Origin: Atractiella rhizophila
Taxonomy: Eukaryota
Direction: 5' to 3'
NCBI GenBank assembly: GCA_021432655.1
Contig: MU271575.1
Coordinates: forward strand, 1 to 42,644
Length of the DNA stretch: 42,644 bases
Positions 35,318 to 42,644 of this stretch are shown piece by piece. Position 1 is the first letter of the stretch. Every line of letters begins with the position of its first letter. The notes beneath the pieces are model-generated. The model ran no database searches and was not told the origin of the DNA. It was given only the letters and a program-made list of their open reading frames with translations. The position numbers and the translations under genes were made by a program.

Positions 35318-37620
35318 TTAAGCTGCCACAGGAGCAACATGGTTGTCAGCCTTCTCTTTCTCGCTGTCAGCGGACGAGGCAGCGTCATTGGCAGCAGTAG
35401 GGATTCCGTAGTTAAGGTATCCAGCAGCTTCCTGCCTCTCTTGAAGATCAATCATGTCTGCATCCCTGCCAGTGGTCTCAGGGAGGATCAAAGTGGCAAT
35501 GGCACCGAGGATGGAGATTCCGAAGAAGATCTATGCAAAATCAGCCCTCGATCCTGAGAGTTGGATGAGGAAAAAGAAACTCACCCAAAGAACCTTGTCA
35601 GTTCCGATCTTAGCGGCCCAGGTAGCGAATCCCAAAGACGAAAGGACCGCTCCGAGCTTACCACATCCAGCGCTCAATCCGTGTGCGAAACCACGGACAC
35701 GGGTAGGGTAGACTTCGGCAGGAATGATGAAGGTGGTGGCATTAGCACCTGTTCCCGATTGTCAGAACTAGCAGCCAATTATGTGCAAGTAGATCATACC
35801 AAAGTTGAAGAAGAATTGGAGGAAGGCGAAGCAGACGACGAAGGCGGCAGGCTTGGATTTGAGGGCATGGAAGTCTCCAGCGACGATTCCGAGGAAAAGT
35901 GCCTCAAGGAGGAAACCGAAAAACTGGATGTTCTTCCTTCCGAGCTTCTCGATGAGCAACATCGTGGCGTAGTATCCAGGGAGGAAACCAGCTGCGGTGA
36001 TCTGTCGCACTCTTGTTAGAGCGAATGAGGTGAATACAAGGAGACGTACGATCAAGTTAGCCTTGGTGTTATCGTATAGGAATTGCCAGGGCTCCTTGGA
36101 CTTGTTTAGGCCGATAGCGGTGATGACAATGGATTGACTATTGGGGACAAACTCAGTAGGAATCCCGTATGCAGATAAGAAACGAACTTGAGGTTGATAC
36201 CATAAAAGGTAATATCAACGAGAAACCAAGTAGCGGTTGTTCCAATGAGAGTCTTCAAGTGCCTCCATTCCGAGAAGTAGACAATCTATCGAGAGTTTAC
36301 ATTTGAGTCGTAAGATCGAAAGGGAAGAAAGGAAAGGCGTACGAACTCCTTCCATGCCTCGCTCTTCGCAGCAACAGCTCCTTTAGTTCCCAGTCCAGTC
36401 TCGGTATCGTTGGTCTTAGGAGCGATAATTTTTTCTTCCTCCCGCCTCTTCAACAGAGAAGGATCCTCCCTGAGAGCCTGAGTTTGACATCAGTCCGCTA
36501 TCCTCTCCGCGAACGATTTACTCACCTGAGCGTTCTTCCACTTGGCGGATTCCGCAAGCGTCAACCTCTGGTAGAGCGTACCGAGACATGGCACAAGGAC
36601 AAGACCGACGATGATCCTCCACACGGCATTGAATTGGCCATATTCTCCTCGACCCTGAATCGCGGGCTTGAAAATGGCGAGAACGACAATAGAAACAATT
36701 CCAGCGGCAAAGTTACCCCACCCCTGCATGGAGAAGATGAAACTAGGCGTTTCTTTCGATTAGATGGTTCTTAGCACAGGGATCAAGAAGTGAAGCGCAC
36801 CTAAGCATGACACCTCTCCTGCGAAGGTTGGCACGGTCAGAAACGACGGCAGCAGACATCGGATAATCTCCTCCAATTCCAATACCCATCACAACACGCC
36901 ATATCGTGATCCAGGTGAAGACAGAGGTGGCGGAGCTGAAGTTAGGTGTTGCCACCACCAAAATGGTACCGATCATGAGGATGATAAGTTCCTTCCCGTA
37001 GACAAATTTACGCCCGAAAACATCTCCCAGAAGACCAAAACCGATTTGTCCGGGAACACATCCCAACTAGGTGCCAGTTTAGGGAAAGTTTCCTCAAGCG
37101 GGAGGAAAAAGGACAAACATTTGCAGCAGCCTTAAGCACTACATGTCGTGAATCAGAATTGAAGGACTTGCTAAACACAGGGACGCACCTCCTCCGTCGA
37201 GAACAATGTTAGGGATAGTACCGGAGAGCTTGTGGTTGTATCTGTAATTGAGGATGGGAATGACACTTTATCCAGTGAAGTTTAGTGTGCATCAACATCT
37301 TTGAAAGTACAACCCACAGATTGATAGAGAACAGATCGTAAGCATCGATAAAGAAACCTGTTTTGAAATTCAGCCGCTGGGCCTCTTGGCAAGGAGGGAA
37401 AGGGGGTTCTGGTAGGGAACGTGCCTGTCGAAGCAATGAGGAGGAGCTATTGCCAAGCCCAAAACCCCATCAGTATAAAAGCACGGCAATCAAGGCAAAT
37501 GCTCACCTTGGCTTCATTCCAAGTCACCCTCCAAGAGGGCGAGTTTCTATCTTTCTCCTCGTACTGCACCAATTGTCCAGGTTGGACATCCTCATAAGCG
37601 TCTTCGACCTTGAAAACCAT
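35318..37620 (-). CDS. PHO84: MFS inorganic phosphate:H+ symporter (Pho84/PHT1 family)
   Basis: [73 protein letters not shown] signatures; multi-exon, including a GC-AG intron at 37358-37424. Confidence 0.95.
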
Positions 37621-37789
37621 CTCGACTACTCGGTATTTGGAGTGGGAGTTGGTGGTATTAGGGAGTGAAAAGGAGAGAACCTGGGAGGGCTGAGAGGTGG
37701 ATTCATTTCATCGAAAGGCACTAGCTTTTATGGAGGGCTAATGGTGCGCTAAATTTAGAGAATTGTCAGTATAGCGAGGAAGAGAGTCG

Positions 37790-38448
37790 AACGTGCCGCC
37801 TTCATCAACTACCATCAATGATGGAATGCTTGTTCCGATTACTTGGCACGATTCGGTTTAACCTCTGGTGCTGGTTCACCTAGAAATGCATCAGACATCG
37901 ATGCGTCAGACATCCTTGAAATGAATGGGCAAGGCCATAAACTGTCGCTGTAAGCTCAATAATCCAGAGGGAATGAGCCTTGCGTTTCGTTTCACTGACT
38001 GTTGGGGTCTAAGTGAAGAGGCACGTTCTCTCCCCTGCCCTGCCACCCCAACATTCAACATGTGCTTCTTCTCCAAGAGTTTACTCCCAATTCATGAAAA
38101 TAGGCCTCTCGTTCTTTGACTCGGGCGACGGGATTGTACACATCTTGCCAAGAAGAATTCTGACAACCGAATCGTCGCTAGAGTTGACTGACATTGAAGT
38201 AGTGATCCTAATTGCTGGCACTCAGAAGTCTGAACATCTCTGAGAACGGCTGTCTTCAGTCTACCGAAGGTTACCGTAGCAGCTTTGTTTTCAGTTACGA
38301 GCGAGCGAGCAAGATGCGAGATATTGCGATAGCTGCCAAAATCAGCCAGAGTGCTGCAGGGCGGAGGGAAACGGATGCAACTTCATCTGCCATCCGGAGC
38401 TGGCGATTTGCCACCTGTTGCCACAGTTCTTTTCTGCAACGCCACGTT
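37790..38448. promoter_or_regulatory. Three CACGTT E-box-like (Pho4-type) sites upstream of PHO84
   Basis: CACGTT at 37790-37795 (minus strand), 38022-38027 and 38443-38448; two are GCACGTT. CACGTG/CACGTT are the established Pho4 sites in yeast. Confidence 0.45.
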
Positions 38449-39576
38449 CTCTAGCACTGTCCCCGTGAAGTCGTGCTGCAGGTCTGCAAAGCAGTACCGA
38501 CTGTAGCAGAAGAGAACCTGAGAAATGCACAAGCGACCAAGTAGAAGTACTGCAATGCTGCTATTCTTCTAATTCTGATTCATTACTGATTCGTTACTGG
38601 GATGCCTCATGAATTATTGCAGAACATAGCCTCATGCTTAGCAAACGCGCTAAACTTTGCGACGTTAACGTTTTAGTCCAATGGTTCAAGGGCAATCCAA
38701 TCTACGAGTCTTATCTGTGAGTCTTCCGGGTCAGTTCAGTTGGCCGTTCAAATCCGTACATCACGCCAGCCTTTGGACGAGATGGTAAGCTTTGGCGCCA
38801 ATTGCTTTCAGCTGATTAATACTAGCGAGGAATAGGCCAGCCGATTGCCCCAAGGGTATGCGTCCATTGTTTATTTCGTTCAGCAGCAATTTTGTTACCG
38901 AACTCAATGTCTAACGCGAGTTAAGGAGAGTGAAATGTCACTATCGCGCCTGCCCAACCTTTCTATGAGCATAACCCGTCGCCAATTCTGAATTCGACAA
39001 TGCTTCGATTGGTCACTTCTTGGAATTAACCAACTCCCAATAATCCGATTAGGAGCCTCAAATCTGACTGATCTGCAATATTCAGCGTCGTTGTATCATT
39101 CCAGCTCCAAAAGCTTTAGGAAGAGCAAACACATGTTCTCGTGTCTCACAGCAGTTACACTATACCACGGATGTAATCAACATTGTGTCTACTGAGAACG
39201 TTTAAGAAATTAAAACAAAATAAAGGCGAGAATGTCGTGGATCCATCACGTGATTCGCGACTTACACATGACCACTGCGAGTCAACTGACTCCTCTTCTT
39301 TCGTTCTCGTTGTTAACATCCATCATATCTTCTTGCCTTCTCTTCATCAGCCTTCTCTTCCCTTCCGTCTCTCAGCGTATTCTCCTCCTGCAACGTGCTC
39401 AAGACGTTGACAGTTCCGGTGCTGGGGTTTACGACTTGAGAACGTCACCGCGTTTTTGCCCCCTTTCCTTATCATCGTTATCAAGTCGCGTCATCCTCTC
39501 CCCGCTTCCCAAGAACGACGTCAACCACCCTCCAATTCTCCCAACGTTCTCCAAAGAGTCCTCATTGCTAGGAGCC

Positions 39577-40177
39577 ATGTCCAGTAAAGCGCAAGCAGTT
39601 CCAACGAACCAAGGTCTAACTACACGCCTCCCTTCGAAGAAACAACTGCTTGGAAATCCCTCCAAGGTTAAATCTGGTCGGAACGGCGCTCTTCGAGGCC
39701 ATGGAGCGAGGAAGGGGAGGGGAGTGGACTTGTCCGTTGATTCTGAAGAAGAAGGAGACGTCGCAGAGGGTATTACGGCCAGCGTGGAGGAAGGTGCGGA
39801 GAAGGGTGGGAGAAGGACGACAGTGTTAGGCGGAGTGCGAATCAGGGTGGTGAGGGACAGTACGTCTGCCTTTCTTTCCTTCTTCTGTCTTCCTGCTCCT
39901 CGTGATGTCCGCTGACCTGCGTTTACTTGGTGCAGAGAGGGAACGGACTCTAGGAGGCTTCGAACTCGTCGCTCCTCCCAATAAACGCGTCATCGCTCTC
40001 GCGGACAACCTGAACGAGAACGAGAACGTGCCGAAGGTTGTCAGTGTCAATCTGAAGGGAATGGTTCAGGAGGAAGAGGATGGGTGGGATCTTCTGGAGG
40101 AGTTCGAGTCAGAGAAGGAAGTGGAGAAGAAGAAGACATGGAGCGAGATTGTGAGAGAGTCGTCCGTGAGCAAGTAA
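39577..40177 (+). CDS. Hypothetical protein (basic N-terminus, acidic C-terminus ending KKKTWSEIV)
   Basis: ATG at 39577; intron 39860-39935 (GTACGT...GCTGAC...CAG) joins the two ORFs in frame. Confidence 0.75.
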
Positions 40178-40576
40178 TTGCTCCTCAATCCGCATTTTTC
40201 TTGGTCTTGCATTCGAGGCAAAGCATTTCATGAAACACGGAGTTCTGTTTGCAGTTGATAATCAAAGTAATTGCGTTTCATTATTCGATTCTTGTCTTAC
40301 TATTCTTCTTGTTTCCACATTCTATTCTAGTGGTTCAGTTATCAATAAATCTAATACTCATACTACTCATATCTAAGTTGAATTTTTCGTTGAAGTGTTC
40401 GTTTTCGTTCGAGTGGACTTATCTCATTTCTAATTACGTTTACCATTACCATAAACCAGATATAAGACAATTACTGTTCAAGTTTGAATCCAATGTACAT
40501 TTTGTAACATTAACTATCAGAAGAAAACCGAAAACGCAGCATGAACATCAGCAGATGGAAAACACATAATCACTGT

Positions 40577-41462
40577 TCAAACTGCGGCAACAGTGAACCC
40601 GATCCGTCTCCCTTCGTCCTGACAGTGTCCAACAACATCTGCGTAGGTTTTCTTCTCTCTTCCTTCCACCGCCTCTTCCACAATAAGGTCCCACTCTTCT
40701 CCGTCCCCAAAGTCTGATGGAAGATCCTCCCACTCCTCATCGTCAAAGCGTGACGACGAAGACGCATCAACCGGCCTAGCCATTCGGCGTGCCACTTTGT
40801 GGTTTACAAGAGAGGTCAGATCAATTTTGTGTCGATGAGCAGGGTGGAGCTCACGTTTGAATTTCACAGGTACGCTCCACACGTCTTCCTTCTCCTTCGC
40901 TTCCAGCTCCTCCCAGACTTCTCCTTCGGGGTCATCGCCGCATCCTCCCCAAATACAATCGCAATCTGGCCGACCTTCATGCCTGTAGATCCTCTCGTCC
41001 AGTGCCTGCTGCTGTTTCTCTTCGTCCGCAGTTTCAACATCTGCCGTACCTCTAAGCACTCGAATCTTATCCCCTCCTCTGTCTTGGGAGTAATAACGGT
41101 GCCACCTCCTATCTAATCCCAAGGGCTTACGAGGAAGTACACTGGATCCTCTGCGCGGACCTCTAGTCTGATAACACAGTTTAAAGTGCGATGTGAAGGA
41201 TGGAGCGAGGAGGAGAGAACGTGTATGCGCTTCCAAAGCCTTGTCGATGCGGGAAGGAGCGATGGGTCGGGAGAGAGGGTGCGGCGCGTTCAGATCCGGA
41301 AGAGGCTGATAGTTTCGTGCTCGCAATGCTTCGTGTGCTTTATGATCATCCTGTAGAATCAATCACTTAGGAGACTCTGAGATAGAAGGAAGAAGGAAGA
41401 CGTACCTTGGCTTTCAGCCGCTGTTCACGGATCCGGTTGGTGGTTTTGAACGTCTTGCCCAT
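40577..41462 (-). CDS. Hypothetical protein (basic N-terminus, CDC-x4-C cluster, acidic C-terminus with EKKTYADVV)
   Basis: MGKTFKTTNRIREQRLKAK exon, intron 41351-41405 (GTACGT...CAG), then the long ORF to 40577. Confidence 0.78.
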
Positions 41463-42194
41463 TACTACTGAACGGCGACTGGAGAGCTTTTTGATGAGAA
41501 TGAGAACTGCAAGACGACAATCAGTTTTTATGAGTAGAGACGAGTCAACAAGCGAGTCAGGCCCACCGAGAAGCGAATCACCTTGTGTCAATTTGTTTGG
41601 GAAAGCGGAAGCCCCGGCTTTGAACGAGAACGAGGAAACCTAGGAAACAATAGCAGATAAGTTGCTAGCAGACTGCATGACTCTATAGAGTCAAAACAAC
41701 GAAACATACACAGCATGTACCATCTCATCCGTTAGATCTGCGGCAAAAAGTAATCTCATCAGGACGCCCAACAATAATGATGTTGAAGTCAGTGTTGTGA
41801 GTGCATAGGCGCATACACTGGCAACGAGGATGCCAGTGCAGAAATCGCTACTATCATGATCATCTCTGCATCCATGCATGGAAAATGATGCTCTGCATCC
41901 CGTTTCGCGTTCAAGCGCTGTTAGATAATATCTCATCAATCAGATGTGAATTGCTCAGATGGGCATGCCGCGAGCAAGTGAGCAACGAAGGAAGGCGAAC
42001 GTTGGGCCAGTATCTCGTCTCAAACGAAAGGCATGCCTACAGATAACACGAATTTAGGGAGCAAAGTAGGGTTGTGGGTGGGAACGTGCAACCCAGAAAG
42101 CAGGATAACAACGTCATAATTGATCGCTCTGCTCGTAAAAAACGACGATTCCACTGCCAGGATCTAGTCATCAAGCCATCGATACCGCATAAAC

Positions 42195-42644
42195 ATGTCG
42201 CTCTACAAAAACACGCTTTCCCGTGTCGCCAAATCCTCCTCCTCCCCGCCGACGCCTACGAAAGGCAAACGACCCATCAACTTGCCAGATTTCTCGTCGT
42301 TATATCTCAATCCTGAAGTCGAACAGGAGAAACGGAAGAAGAGGATCGAGGATCTTGAGAGGGAGGAAGAGCTTGTGGCGTTGAGGAGTGTGCCGGGCAC
42401 ACCTGGTAATGGTACGATTCTCCCTTTCACGGTCATTATCTGTTTTTGGAACCGGATGAAGGATTGAATAGCTAATGGGTTCTTCGCTCTTTTTTATGCG
42501 ATAGGTAGCAGGCCATCTAGCCCTACAAAGAAGGGGCGGAAGAAGAAAGCGTCTGAGACGAGCAGGGATCCACTGGTCAGATTCCCAGAAGAAGTCAAAA
42601 GTCGCATCTTCCTCCTCGTCGATGACGTCCCAACCCTCAAGAAG
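42195..42644 (+). CDS. F-box protein, N-terminal part; truncated by the window edge
   Basis: Intron 42412-42504 (GTACGA...GCTAAT...TAG); exon 2 ends in the F-box-like DPLVRFPEEVKSRIFLLVDDVPTLKK. Confidence 0.75.

Noticed and set aside
11956..37620. Pho85 cyclin and PHO84 as a phosphate gene cluster
   Set aside because: About 22 kb apart with unrelated genes between, and the cyclin looks PCL-like rather than clearly Pho80.

Overview
Intron-dense fungal (basidiomycete-type) genomic DNA with short (~45-90 nt) introns and many micro-exons, so the ORF track hides several genes. Manual splicing gives about 17 genes: a Zn(II)2Cys6 transcription factor (runs off the left edge), PAB1, an unknown protein, a kelch-repeat membrane protein, SCO1, an 82-aa RLRGG/Cys-rich microprotein, an expansin/RlpA-like secreted protein, a Pho85-type (PCL) cyclin, two DUF6534-like membrane paralogues, a rearranged ADAM metalloprotease locus, RVS167, Sfr1/Mei5, an NDUFA4-like protein, PHO84, two convergent small proteins sharing a C-terminal motif, and an F-box protein (runs off the right edge). 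No tRNA, rRNA, CRISPR array or recognisable transposon was seen. Most interesting: (1) a spliced microprotein with a ubiquitin-type RLRGG tail fused to a 20-aa, 7-Cys peptide, head-to-head with SCO1; (2) a zinc-cluster domain assembled from micro-exons, including a probable 1-nt exon; (3) a cyclin ending in a Ras-like CaaX box; (4) an ADAM gene whose catalytic middle is replaced by a ~1.3-kb duplicate of its own 5' end, with dibasic-flanked repeats in the prodomain. Family calls come from motif recognition by eye, not database searches.
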